Below, one piece after another: positions 40,713 to 53,588 of a DNA stretch of 64,000 nt. Within the stretch, counting starts at the first letter, position 1; each line of letters opens with the position of its first letter. The stretch lies in assembly GCF_036321535.1 (NCBI RefSeq), contig NC_087436.1, forward strand, positions 83,516,001 through 83,580,000. Direction: 5' to 3'. The notes under the pieces are model-generated. The model searched no databases. It was not told where the DNA came from and worked only from the letters and a program-made list of their open reading frames with translations. The position numbers were made by a program, and so were the translations under genes. This DNA is from Camelus dromedarius. Taxonomy: Eukaryota.

Positions 40713-43059
40713 AAGAGTTAGTGGGAGCTTCCTAGAGAAGATGAAAACTGACCACTGACAAAGTGGAACAAGGACATTCCAGATAATGGGAACATGTCAG
40801 TGAAGACACAGAGGGATATCTGAACAGTGTGGTTGCAATGTACCCTGGTTATAGGATGAAAACCTGTGGAAGAAAAAGCCAGGAAGATAGGAGGAGCCAG
40901 ATTTTTTAAAGGCCTTGAATGACTTGAAATTTACTCATTGATTAGCCCTCTTTGCTTTTATGGAACATCTATGTGCCACTCTTAACTTCCTGCATTTTAT
41001 ATGATTGTTAACTACACATAAGTTTGTCTCATTTAATGGACTGGAAGACCCCTAAACATTAGAGACCAAGCCTTAGTTCCCCTGGACTTCTCAGAGCCCA
41101 GTGCAACACGTGCAGTACAAAGAACGTGTCCAATAAGAGTTTGTTGACTTTGAATTATTAAAATAAATTCAGGTAAGTCCACAGCAGTCCAGATATACTC
41201 TGGTGATTTATATGCCACTAGAAATGATCTGCAAACATGATAGGAAGTTTCTTTACCGTTACTTACCTCCTCTTTCACCAACCACTCATTACCAAAGAAT
41301 TTAGAGAAAAAATTAAAATTAAATTTGCATTCCAGTGAAATGCCAAAATTTGAATAGAGCAATTGCACCAAATGGCAGATCTTGGTGAATGGGTAAACTA
41401 TTTGTTTTTTTAATAATCAAAATAATTAGAGAAATATCAGAGATTCTCATTTTAAATTACAGGAATAAAAGGAGATTGAAATCAAACATAGGAAAGTATA
41501 TTTAATAATTACTCAGCTTATAGGAAATAATTTACCTAAGATGACCTTGGAGTATTTATCATGGGAGCTACTGGTGGTTAAGAACAGATTAGAAAACTAT
41601 CTGTGGAAGTAGAGTTGGATATTTTTTCTAATCCAGTCTGGGACCTTGGGGACTTTTTCAAGTGTTCTTTTCTATGAATCTCCGTTATGAAGGCCAGAGA
41701 GTGGGCACAGCTCAGAAAATGGCAGCTCCGTAGGTGAACGGTGTGGTCAGGCTCACCTCTCTGCTTTCCCCAAAGCGGTTTTACACTCTCCTTCCCTTAC
41801 AGGGGAGTGGCTGCAGGAAAGCTTGCAGCTTCAGCAGCACATTTATATTGGGTCACTTTTCAAATTATATTGTACATGATATGGTTAATAAGTCCTGTAG
41901 CCAAGAATCCTAACTTCATTTCAGCTTCACCAGCCAGTTAAAAAGTCTGAAACTTTCCCCCAAGCAACAGAGAGTGAAACACTATAGGAAACAAACACAT
42001 GCTCAGGAAGTAACTGGCGTGCCCTTTATGAAGTACAAACACAGGATAATTATGACTGCTTTCTGTTGTTGGCCGGGCTTCAGAAGTGAGGAAAGTCGTA
42101 TTTAATAGCCAGAGTTAATAGATTAGATATCTTGAAGGACAATGGGTATGGTTAATACTGCTGAACATTGATTCATTATTTATATCTTTGGAAGCCTGAA
42201 TCTTATGAAATGTACCATTGTAACATGTGACTGAAACATGAAGTGTTGTTTGGCAAACATCACAACACACACTTTCTGCCACAAGGGTGGGGAGTCGCAC
42301 AGAGATGTTATGAGCCTCATAAAGCATTGGATTTCTCCTACATGAATAAACAGCACATTACTGATAGAAATGCAACATTGGGCCAGAGCCCTCGTGAGGA
42401 GATGGTACAGATTAAGTAGGGATGATGAGAGGGCACAGCTGGGGGGACTCTGTGGCATCTCCAAGGGCAGGCTGTACAGGGATCCCTTGGGTAAGCACTT
42501 TCCAAGGACCACAAGAAACAGAATTGACACATTAAAGTTCTACTATTTTGAATCAGACCTCAACCTCTGAAAGGTTTAGGTCAGCTGAGATGAAGACTAG
42601 AATCTAAATTCAAATTGAGCACATGTAATAATGTCACAAGAATAACAACTATGGCAGTAACAGCTAAGTATATGCCTACTAGGTACTGTAATGGATGCAA
42701 AAAAAAACCAAAAACCCAACAAAACCCACATAAGACACAGTCCCTCTACTTCAGGAATTCACAGTCAGGTTGAAGAGAGAAGTATAAGGACATGAAAGGG
42801 TGAAGTAAGTCAAGGTAGAGGATTGGCAAGAAATAACTGTAAAATATCAGAAGACATATATTAATCTCAGCCTGTCAACTAACTATGTGATGTTGGATAA
42901 TTCACCTAACTCAATAAATATCTGTGAAATGAATAACTTTTTCAGAATCATAGTTTCTTTGCCCAACATTACTTTTCAGATCTGGAAATCTTTACAGGAT
43001 TACCTGACAAAACTGTGATACAGACAAAAACGTTACATGTAGGGTTATTATAACTTTAC

Positions 43060-46000
43060 CAGCATTACTGAGGGATAATGGACAAATACAAATCATATAT
43101 ATTTAATGTGATGATTTGATACATGTATACATTGTAAAATGATTATCATAATCAGGCAAATTAATACCTCCATCATCTCACAGGCACAGTTTTTTTTTTC
43201 TGGTGAGACCAATTAAGATCAACTTTCTTAGCAAAATTTAAGTATACAGCACAGTACTGTTACCTATAGTCATCATGCAGAACATTAGGTCCCCAGAACT
43301 TACTCATCCTGGAACTGAAAATTTTTACTCTTCGACCAACATCTCTCCTTTTCCTCAACACCTCAAATCCCTGGCAAACACTGTTCTACTCTCTGCTTTT
43401 ATGAGTTCAACTTTTTTACATTTCACATATAAGTGAAATCACACATTATCTGTCTTTCTGTGTCTGACTTATTGCACTTAGCATAATGTCTGCCAGGTCC
43501 ATCCAAGTTGTCTCAAGTGGAAGGATTTCCTTTGTGTGTGTGTATGTGTATATACACACAAGAAACGTACAAGAAATGTATATACACACAATGGAATATT
43601 ATTTATACCATGTTTTATTTATCCATTCATCCACTGTCAGACACTTAGGTGGTTCTATATCTTGTCTTGGCTACTATAAATAATGCTACAGTGAACAAGG
43701 GAGTGCATATATCTATTAGAGATACTGATTTCATTTCCTTTGGATATAAACTCAGAAGTGGGATTGCTAGATCACCTGGTAATTCTTTTCCTTCCTTCCT
43801 TCCTTCCTTGCTTCCTTGCTTCCTTGCTTCCTTCCTTGCTTCCTTGCTTCCTCCCTCCCTTCCCTCCCTTCTTCCTTCCTTTCATCTATCTAATTGAAGT
43901 ATAGTTGATTTACAATGTTGTGTTACTTTATAGTAAAGTGATTCAGATACACATACATGCACACGTACAAACAGGCCAGGGTAATAATGGCCTTATTTTT
44001 AGAATCTTTTTTTTTTTTTTTTTGAGGATGCATGACACTATTTTCCATAGTGGCTATGCCAATTTACATTCCCACCATCAATGCCCAAGGGTTCCCTTTC
44101 CTCCACATCCTCACCAATGCTTGTTATCTCTAGTCTTTGATGACAGGCATCCCTAACAGGTGTGAGGTAATATCCCATTGTGGTTTTGGTTTGAAATTGC
44201 ATTTCCCTGATGATTAGTGATGTTCAGTACCTTTTCATATACTGGCTGCCATTCCTATGTATTCATTGAAAAATGCCTATTCAAGTCCTTTGCCCAATTT
44301 AATTGGGTTATTTGCTTTTTGCTACTGAGTTGTAAGAGTTTCTTACATAGTTTGGAAACTAACTCCTTATCAGGTATATAGGTTGCAAGTATTTTCTCCA
44401 TGGTTTACCTTTTCATTTTGTTGATGGTTTCTTTGGTTGTGTAGGAGCTTTTCAGTTTGTTGTAGGCCCAGTTTCTAATTTTTGTTTTCATTGCCTGTGC
44501 CTTTAGTGTCATATAAATAAAGATCATTGCCAAGACCAAGGTCAAGGAGCTTTTCCTCAACGTTTTCCTCTAACGGTTTTAAAACTTCATGTCTTACATT
44601 TAGGTCTTTAATCCATTTTGAGCTAATTTTACTTGTGGTATAAAAGGAGTCTGGTTTCCTTCTTCTGCATGTGGATATCCAGTTTTCCCAACATCATTTA
44701 CTAAAGAGACTATCCTTTCCCAATGTACTGTATTATTGACATCCTTGTCAAAGATTAGTTGACCGTATATGCTTACGTTTACTTCTGGGCTCTCTATGCT
44801 GGTCCATTGGTATGTGTCTGTTTTCATATCAAAAGCATACTGTTTTGATTACTATTGCTTTGTAACACAGTTTAAAATCAGGAAGTGTGATGCCTCCAGC
44901 TTCGCTCTTCTTTCTTAAGATTGTTTTAGCTATCTGGGGTCTTTTGTGGTTCCAAATGAATTTTAGGACTTTTCTATCTACAAAAAAATGCCATTGGAAT
45001 TTTGATAGTAACTATATCAAATCTGTAGATCTCTTTGACTAGTATAAACATTTTAACAATATTAATTCTTTCAATCCATGAACACAGGTTATCTTTCCAT
45101 TTAGTTGTGTCATCTTTAATTTGTTTTTTCAATGTCTTATAGTTTTCAGCTCTTTCAAATTTTTGGTCAAACTGATTCCAAATTTATTTGGTGGAGTGTA
45201 GAGTTTTCTACATAGAAGATCATAGCATCTGAAAACGGAAACCATTTTACCTCTTCCTTTCCAATTTGGATGCCTTTAATTTCTTTTTCTTGCCTCATTG
45301 CTCTGCTGGAACTTCCAGTACTACATTGAAAAGAAGCAGTGAGAATGGGCTCACTTGTCTTATTCCTCATCTCAGAGGAAAAGGGTTTAGCCCTTCATCA
45401 GTGATTATATGTAGCTATGGCTTACTACATATGGCCTTTATTAAGTTGGGGTTCATTCCTTCTATACCTAATTTGTTGTAACCTTTTACTCATGAAAGGA
45501 TATTCAATTTTCTCACATCCTTTCTTTGCATCTATTAAGATGAACATATAGTTTTTTATCCTTCATTCAGTTAATGTGGTACATCATATTGATTGATTTG
45601 ATTATGTTGAACCATCCTTGCATCTTAGGGTAAATCCCACTTGGTCACGGTATATGGTCATCTTAATATCCTGTTGAATTTGGTTTGCTAGACATCTGTT
45701 GAAAATTTTTGCATCTATGTTTATTAGGGACATGGGCCTATAAAGTCCTTTTCTGGCTTTGGTATCAAGGTAATACTGGCCTCATACAATGAGTATGGAA
45801 CTCTTCCCTCGTCTTTAAGTTTTTGGAAGAGTTTGCGAAGGACTGGCATTAATTCTTCTAAATGTTTGACAGAATTCACCCAAGATATCATCTGGTCCTT
45901 GCCTTTTCTTCATTGAAAAGTTTCTGATTACTGCTTCAATCTCCTTACCTGTTATTGGTCTGTTCAGATATTCAGTTTCTTCATGATTCAGTCATGGTAG

Positions 46001-48425
46001 AGTGTATGTTTCTAGGAATTTATACAGCTTTTCTAGTCATCCAATGCGTTGGTAAAATATTTATATTAGTCTCTTGAAAGCCTTTGTGTATCTGTGTGTC
46101 AGGTATTCTCTCCTCTTTCCTTCATAATTTTGAGTCCTATCTTTCTTTTCCTCAGTTAACAAAAAGGCTTGTCATTTTTGCCTTTTCAAAAAAAAAACCA
46201 ACTCAGTTTTATTGATCTTTGATATTTGTCTTTCTAGTTTGTTTTTTTTTCCCCATCTATTTCTGCTCTACTCATTATTTCCCTCTTTCTGCTAATTTGG
46301 AGCTTCGTTTTTTCTAGTCCCTCAAGGATGGAAAGTTAGACTGATACCTTTCTGTTTTCTTAATTTAGGCATTTACCACTATAAACTTCCCCTTAAGAAC
46401 TGCTTTTGTCATTTCCCATGTGTTTTGGTATGTTGTGTTTCCACTTTCATTTGTCTCAAGGTACTTTGATATGCCTTGATTTCTTTGACTTACTGGTTTT
46501 CAAGAGTATGTTAATTTCCATGTATTTATGAATTTTCTAGATTTCCTTCTGTTACTGATTCATAACTTCATACCACTGTGGTCAGAAAAGATACATAATA
46601 TAATTTCAATATTCTTAAATTTGGTAAGATTTGCTTTGTGGCTTAACATGTGATCTATCCTGGAGAATGCTCAGTGTGCATTTGAGAAGAAAGTATTTTC
46701 TGTTGCTGTTGGATAAAATGTTCTGGATATGTCTATTAGGTCCATTAGGTCTATAGTGTTAGACATGTCTGCTCTTCCTTTGTTGATTCTCTGTCTGGAT
46801 GATTGATTCATTGTTGAAATTGTTGTACTGCTGTCTGTTTCTCCCTTTAGTTCTGTAAATATCTGGCTTAATATTTAGGTGCTTTGATGTTAGGTACACA
46901 TATATTTATAACTGGTCTATCATCTTGATCAACTGACCTCTTTGTTATTATATAATGACCTTCTTTTTGTTTTGTGACAGATTTTGACTGAAAGTCTATT
47001 TTGTCTGATGTAAGAGCGCCATTCCTGCTCTTTTGTTTACATTTGCATAAAATATTTTTTCCATTTCTTCTCTTTAAGCCTATGTGTTCTTAAGTTAAAA
47101 TGAGTCTCTTATAAGCAGCATATGGTTATAAACTTGTTTTTTAAAAAAATCTATTCGGATACTGTGTCTGTTGACTGGAGAATTTAATCAATTTGCATTT
47201 AAAGTAATTATTGGTAGGTAATAACTTGTGATTGCCATTTTGTTAACTGTTTCATGTTTTGCAGTAGTTTTGTTCTTCCCTTCCTATCTCTCTTTACAAT
47301 TTTTTGGTATTTTCTTGTAGTAGTATACATTGATCCCTGTCTCTTTATCTTTTGTGTATCTACTAGAGGTTTCTGTGGTTACCATGCAGTCTACATAAAA
47401 CATCTTATAATTATACCAGTCTATTTTAATCTAATAATGACTTAATTTTAATTGCATACAAAATTTTTACAATTTTACTTCTCCCTCTCAACACTTTCTG
47501 CTATTAATATCACATTTTACATTTTTATATTATTTTTATATTGTATATCCATTAAAAAATTTTTGTAGCTACAGTTTTTTTTTAATATTTTTGCCTTTTA
47601 ACTTTTATATAAGAATTAAAAGTGATTTACACACCACTATTACAGTATTAGAGTATTCTAAATTTGGCTATATATTTACCTCTACTAGTGAGTTTTATAC
47701 TTCATATGTTTTCATGTGGCTAATTAGCTTCCTTTTGTTTCAACTTGAGTAACACCTTAAACCTTTCTTGTAAGGCAGGTCTAGTGGTGATGTATTTCCT
47801 GAGGTTCTGTTTGTCTGGAAATGTCTTCATCTTCCCCTCATTTCTGAAGGACAGTTTTGCTAGATATAGTACTCTTGGTTGGCAGTTTTTTTCTTTCACA
47901 CTTTGAATATATCATCCTACCCGCTACTGGCCTACAAGGGTGCTGATGAAAACTCTACTGATAGCCTTATGGCAGTTGCCTTATATGTGATGAGTTGCTT
48001 TTCTCTTACTGCTTTCAAAAGCCTCTTTTGGCCTTTGACTTTTGACAATTGTATAATGTGACTCAGAGTAATCTTGTTTGGGGTCCTTTGAGCTTCATGC
48101 TCCTGGATGTCCATATCCCTTTTAAGATTCAGGAAGTTTTCAGCCATTATTCATTTAAATATGCCTTCTCCTCCTTTGTCTCTTTTGTCTACTGAGGGGA
48201 CTCTTAAGCTGTGTACATTCATTCATTTAATGGTGTCCTCTAGGTCCTGCATGCTTTTGTCATCTCTTTTCATTCTTCTTTCTTTTTGTTCCTCTAGCTA
48301 ATTTTAAATTACCAATATTCAAGTTTGCTGATTCTTTCTTCTTCATAATTGAGCCTGCTGTTGAAACTCCCTCTAGAGCTTGTAGTTCCGTTGCTGGATT
48401 TTTCAGCTCTGGGATTTCTGTTTGG
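43060..48425 (-). mobile_element. Long (~5.4 kb) decayed L1 (L1MA-type 3' end) with ORF2 and ORF1 remnants
   Basis: ORF2 RT remnant ([17 protein letters not shown]...DAMIFYVEN, 45167..45370) and ORF1 remnant (MAENFLNL...DIQEHEAQRTPN...LKAVREKQLITYK, 47932..48147); many stops and frameshifts. Confidence 0.95.
43787..43978 (-). mobile_element. Short young L1 3' tail with (TTCC/TTGC)n microsatellite, nested in the older L1
   Basis: aattgaagtatagttgatttacaatgttgtg adjoining a CCTT-type repeat; ggtaat occurs on both sides. Confidence 0.7.
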
Positions 48426-48559
48426 TTCTTTTTTAGGCACTTTTGTGTATAAATGGCTGCCAAGTTACTGCTGCTGTGGGGGAATATGAGTGAGGGACCT
48501 CCTCTATCATTTTGCTCTATAATTTTTAAAGTAAATATCAAGACAAAATCTGACACAAG

Positions 48560-49345
48560 ATCTCATCTTGAAGAGACTATATCTGAAGCCAAAATAGTCA
48601 TGGAAAGTATGGGTTATATGGTTGCTGTAGGTATGAGAAAAAGGCAGCCATAGAGGAGGGAGAAAGGGCTGGAAAGACTGGTAGAGGACTGAGCAAGAAT
48701 TATCTTCTACATTGGGCACATGGAAGCCACTAAATAGTTCTGAGCAGGAGTATGATTTGTTTAAACATCTGTGTTTGCAGAGGTGGTATGGAGAGGGTAG
48801 TAATGAGGCAAAATAAAGACAGTGAGATTGCTGAAGAGCATTCTGGGATTGGCTGGCTATGGATGGATGATGGGGGTAGGGGGCAAGGGAAGGGTTGTGG
48901 TATCTGATGGATTAGGTTGATATGTCTGCTAGTAAGAGTGATATACAACACAGCAGAGTATTGGGAGATATAGAAGACATTGTATAGAGTTAGGAGTTGA
49001 AAACAGAGGCATAGGACCAACTTGTTTGAAGAAAATGAATCCAGCAGGTTAGTGAGCTGCAGAAAATGTAGTAATTATCTAACCACAAGGTGATGTAAGC
49101 CTAAATTAGTTGAGATCATGGGGGAGAAAATGGGGAAAGGGACATTGAAGATAACTGAAAAGGAAATACTGACAAGGTTTGGTGACCAATTATATAAAAG
49201 GTTTGAATCTAGTGGTTGAGAGACTGCAACACATAGCAAAATTCAGAGGAAAAGTGAGAACATGAGTTCTGTTTGGGTGGAGTGAGTTTATAGTAAAGGC
49301 TGGAGTGGAGATGGCTGGCAGGCGTCAGAAACTTCAAACTGAGTT
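48560..49345 (-). mobile_element. Decayed L2
   Basis: ggaagccact...tgagcaggagtatgatt, gaaaaggaaatactgacaaggtttggtgac, tgagttctgtttggg. Confidence 0.55.
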
Positions 49346-49346
49346 C

Positions 49347-49941
49347 AGGTCCATCCATGTTGATGCAAATGGTATCATTTCATTCTTTTTACGGCTGAAT
49401 AATATTCCATCTTCTTCATCCAATAATCTGTCAATGGACATTTAGGTTGCTTCCATCTCTTGGCTATTGTAAATAGTGTTGCTATGAACACTGGGGTGCA
49501 TGTATCTTTTCAAATTAGAGTCTTCTCTAGATATATGCCCAGGAGTGGGATTGCTGGATCATATGGTAACTCTATTTTCAGTTTTTTAAGGAATCTTCAC
49601 TCTATTCTCCATAGTGGCTGCAACAGCTTACATTCCCATCAACAGTGCAAGAGACTTCCCTTTTCTCCACACCCTCTCCAGAATTTATCATTTGTGGACT
49701 TTTGAAGATGGCCAGTCTGACGAGTGTGTGGTGATACCTCACTGTAGTTTTGATTTGCATTTCTCTAATAATTATTGATATACAGCATCTTTTCATGTGC
49801 CTGTTGGCCATCTGTATGTCTTCTTTGGAGAAATGTCTATTTAGGTCTTCTGCCAATTTTTTCATTGGGTTGTTTGTTTTTTTGATATTGAACTTATGAT
49901 CTGTTTGTATATTTTGGAAATTAATCCCTTGTTGGTCACAC
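49347..49941 (-). mobile_element. L1 ORF2 C-terminal fragment lacking its 3' end and poly(A)
   Basis: ORF 49602..49865 ([23 protein letters not shown]...[12 protein letters not shown]). Confidence 0.9.
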
Positions 49942-51049
49942 TTTTTAAATCTATTTAAAATTTATGAACTAATCAACAACATTTACTGCAAATGAAACAG
50001 CTTCATAAGCTCATTTTTGAAATAAAAATTGGCATAATACCTATTCTGTTACTTCAAAGACATAGAAAGGATTTAAAATTTATTTTTAATTAAATTAATT
50101 TTGATTATTTCCAGCTGTCTTTTGACAATTTATTTCACAATCTATTGAGGTATATAAAAAAAAGGAAAAATATCTGCACAGGCACTACAGACTCATGGAC
50201 AGAGACAAGATGTTGAATGAGTTTCTGCATAATGGTGGGTAGCAAGGCTTGACACCAATGGTATCCTATCTAAACTTTTAAGCTTGCACAGTGGGAAGGA
50301 GTCAGTTCTTTAAGGCTGTACGTAAAAAAAAAAAATTGGAAAGTATAAAAGAAGTTTTAAAATCCTAATATGCATTTGTTTTAACTGGAGGTATGCTGAC
50401 CAGAAGAACAAACAAAGGCTAGAGCCATGTTAGCTGTGCCTTCTCTCACTTCCTGATTTGTACCTCAGAAACACAAATTCATTCTCCTAACAGGAAGCTC
50501 TTTTCTCCTTGCCTTTAGAAGAAAGAAACATTTATTTTCTTTTATTTTCTGAGTGGATGAATAACAATAATGACATAAATAACATTGGAATTTTCTCTTC
50601 TTCATTTCACTTAAGGCCTAATTTTTCACACAGTCATCTGGGAAGATAACATGTACTCCAGTTCTTGCCACCTGCCACGGGTCACCCAGGTATGTGGACC
50701 TTGCTTTTCAAAATAGAGAAGAAAATTTTTCAAAGATGTGGGGTTTTTTATCTGTGCCTCTTATTCTTTCCTGGATGCTTCCTTGTGAACGAAGGCTGGT
50801 TTCGCGGCCCCCACACCCCACCATCACACCCTGACCCTCCGTGGGGAAGACTGTGCACTGTGGATGTGGGAGCGGGGCAGTTGCATGAACCCAAATGTGA
50901 TGGGTGCACGTGGTACCTAGCCTGCTTTAGTCAGGGCGTCACTACCCAGTATTTGGATTCCCTCCTAGAGGTCCCTGTTTTTATCTCCTGTTTTGAAACA
51001 TCAGCTGCTTTCTCTCCCTGGACTGTATCCGTCACTCATACAAACCTGC

Positions 51050-52790
51050 CTACATTCCATTCATTAAAATACTATAATGTCCTCAATGAAGCAAAACACA
51101 CAAACCAAAACCAAAAAAACCTTAACCCTTTCTGGACCAAGTCAACAGCCTATTCTCTCGCTCTCCTTCGAGGCACAGAGACCTGTCTGCACCTCCTGGT
51201 CCTCAGTGACTGGAGGCTCTCAGTTTGCACAGGATCAGCTGTACAGCCTCCTTGCTGGTTTCCCAGCACCTCTTACTGTTCCCTTTAATCTTTCCTTCTG
51301 CAGAGTTGCCGCAGGATCTCTTATAAAATGCAAGTTGGTTTATATCATTTTCCTGCTTATATTCCTGTAATCACTTTCCCCCATTTTCAAGAGAAAAGCC
51401 AAACTCCTTAATCTGGCACAGAGTTTTTCACCATCTGACCTATTACTCTTAGTCTCTTCCTCCACCGTTAGCCTCTCCTCCTTTTCTCCGCTCCAGATGT
51501 CCTGAACTCCCCACTGCACTTGCACTTCTCCTCCAAGTTGTCCTCATTGTCCTGCACGTCCTTGGACGTGTGGTTTTTTTCCTTCCAGGAGCACCCTAAT
51601 CTGAATTCCCTGTCCTGTACTTCCACATATCCTACCAGCCTTAATTCAAAAGTCACCCTCTTCCTGAAACCTCAGATTCTCATTTCCCCACATGGTCTGT
51701 GACCTTCCTCTGTCCTGACACAGCAACCGGCAGACAGTTTTTAAAGTGTCTTAAGAAGAGAACTTGAATCTGATGTATGATTTTATCACCAGCTCATTTC
51801 ACCATGCCTGGTACAAAACAGGCACTTAGTAATATGTATACTTAATGATAATTTTTGAATTTTTATTCCTTTAATCTCTGTCTCTCCCCAAGTGTGGGAC
51901 TTAAGTCTCTCATCCACTGAATCCCCAGCACCCAGCGGGTCAATGTCACATAACTAGATCTCAGTCAAGATGAGTAACTGCTGAAGGAACCACCACTGTA
52001 CTGGCCTCCAAGCTCTCCTCTTCTAATCAATCCTGCATGCTGATGGAAGATTACTTTTCCTAACGTACCGAATTACATGGTTCCCATCTCTTACTGCTAC
52101 CCAGCTGGAACTGTCTCTGGCTTCCCGTTCTTTACATGTGGGAGGAAGCCAAGCTTCCCTACCTCAGTTCTTCTATGCAGAAATGATCTTTCCTTGATCT
52201 TCACAGGCTCCCTCCAGACTCCCCCCAATTCTTGTCTCAATTCAGGCTTCCGTACCTTCACAAACTAAAATGGTCTTTTAAGTCAGTCTATTACGTTAAC
52301 TTGTTGTTTCTCAATATCCTCATTTATTACAGCTGAAATAATCTTCTTCACAGGCTTTTTTTTTTTTTTTCCTTGTGTCCTGCCACTGCCTCCCTCACTG
52401 GACCGTGAGGTCCATAAACATCAGGGCCTGGTTGGCTTTGTTCACTGCTGCATCCTCTGTCCTAAAGCATTTCCTGTTTGGAACCACAGCTCAAGGGCTG
52501 AACATCTGTTCAATGGAGGCAAGACTGAATGCAACACAACTTCAGGCTGGCATTCAAGGTCCCCGATGGTTTGGCCCCTCCACCTTCCCAGCCGTTTCTT
52601 CCATCAGTTCCTCCTCACATGACCCCTGTTTGCTGTTTCTCAAATACCTACTTTGCCTCCTACCTGGACCCATCTGCAAGAGCCTTGTCTTCTTTTTCTC
52701 CCTATTTAAATTATTTTCATTTTTAAAATCCAGCTCAAACTCCATCTCTTCTATAAGGCAATCCATTGTGGTAAGCTCTTGAACTGTATT
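51050..52790 (+). mobile_element. Several L2 3' fragments
   Basis: aaagccaaactcctt, aaaagtcaccctcttcctgaaacct, atgcctggtaca...caggcacttagtaata, ccagctcaaactccatctctt. Confidence 0.55.
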
Positions 52791-53424
52791 ATTTATATAA
52801 CGTCTTAAAAATCCTTCCACTCTTTAGAGCTCTCTGTCCTATATTTGCAATGGTATTTTTTTTTAATTTAGAAGTAGGTTTTAAGTTATAATAGAGGATA
52901 AAAATTTTCAAGAGGAAAAATTCCATATGCTAGGAATAAATAAGACTCAGACCCTATTTTAAGAAAATTGTATGCCTTTTTCTCCAAGTACACCAAAGAA
53001 GTTTGGTTTCAGGTATAATGCACCACATAATGTTAAAAGGCAACATTCAAATTTTGTTAGAGTTGGTTCTAGTAACAATTATGATGTCCTCTTTAATTGC
53101 AGATAATATTGGCCACTGAACATACTATGAAAAGGCATCCAAAAACACTCTTCCAACTTTTAACTATGACCCTAGCACAGTCCAGCTGATTACATAATTT
53201 GTTTTAACCCAGAAAATAAAATATAACAAACCAGAAACACTTCTGTGATAAAGAACTATTAGTCATAAAATTTTCAAAACTTAGAGTGAATTGTAAATAG
53301 TTTTCCCAATCTGCATCCTGTTGACCCCAGTGGTGGGTACACGTGGACACACCTCCACGTGCGAGCCTACACATCAGCCTAGACCATGCAATACGTAATG
53401 CGTAAACAAAAGAAACATGCCAAC

Positions 53425-53588
53425 CTGGAGAGTAACTTGGTAGCAGTAGCATCCTCAGCTGAATTTGTATCATCCCAGCAGGGTTTTCTACGACTGATCC
53501 GCAGGCTGACCTGAGGAACGCCATCAGATAGCTCTGGTTGGGGAACCCTGCGGTTCTGAATAGATCCCTCACTCCTGGATTTGGGGAT
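53425..53588 (-). CDS. FAM13A: FAM13A internal coding exon (164 nt), last exon specific to the long RhoGAP-containing isoform
   Basis: Minus strand: ttctctttcattttttAG|ATC CCC AAA TCC...CTC TCC AG|GTtggc. Translates IPKSRSEGSIQNRRVPQPELSDGVPQVSLRISRRKPCWDDTNSAEDATATKLLS(S), aligning with recalled human IPKSRSEGSIQAHRVLQPELSDGIPQLSLRLSYRKACLEDMNSAEGAISAKLVPS. Phase 0 in, phase 2 out. Confidence 0.95.

Noticed and set aside
50665..51288. Longest ORF in the track (207 aa, +)
   Set aside because: Non-AUG first codon, no recognisable domain, antisense to the gene, 3' part lies in L2 remnants
53204..53572. 122-aa minus-strand ORF
   Set aside because: Overlaps the real FAM13A exon in the wrong frame and runs into intron
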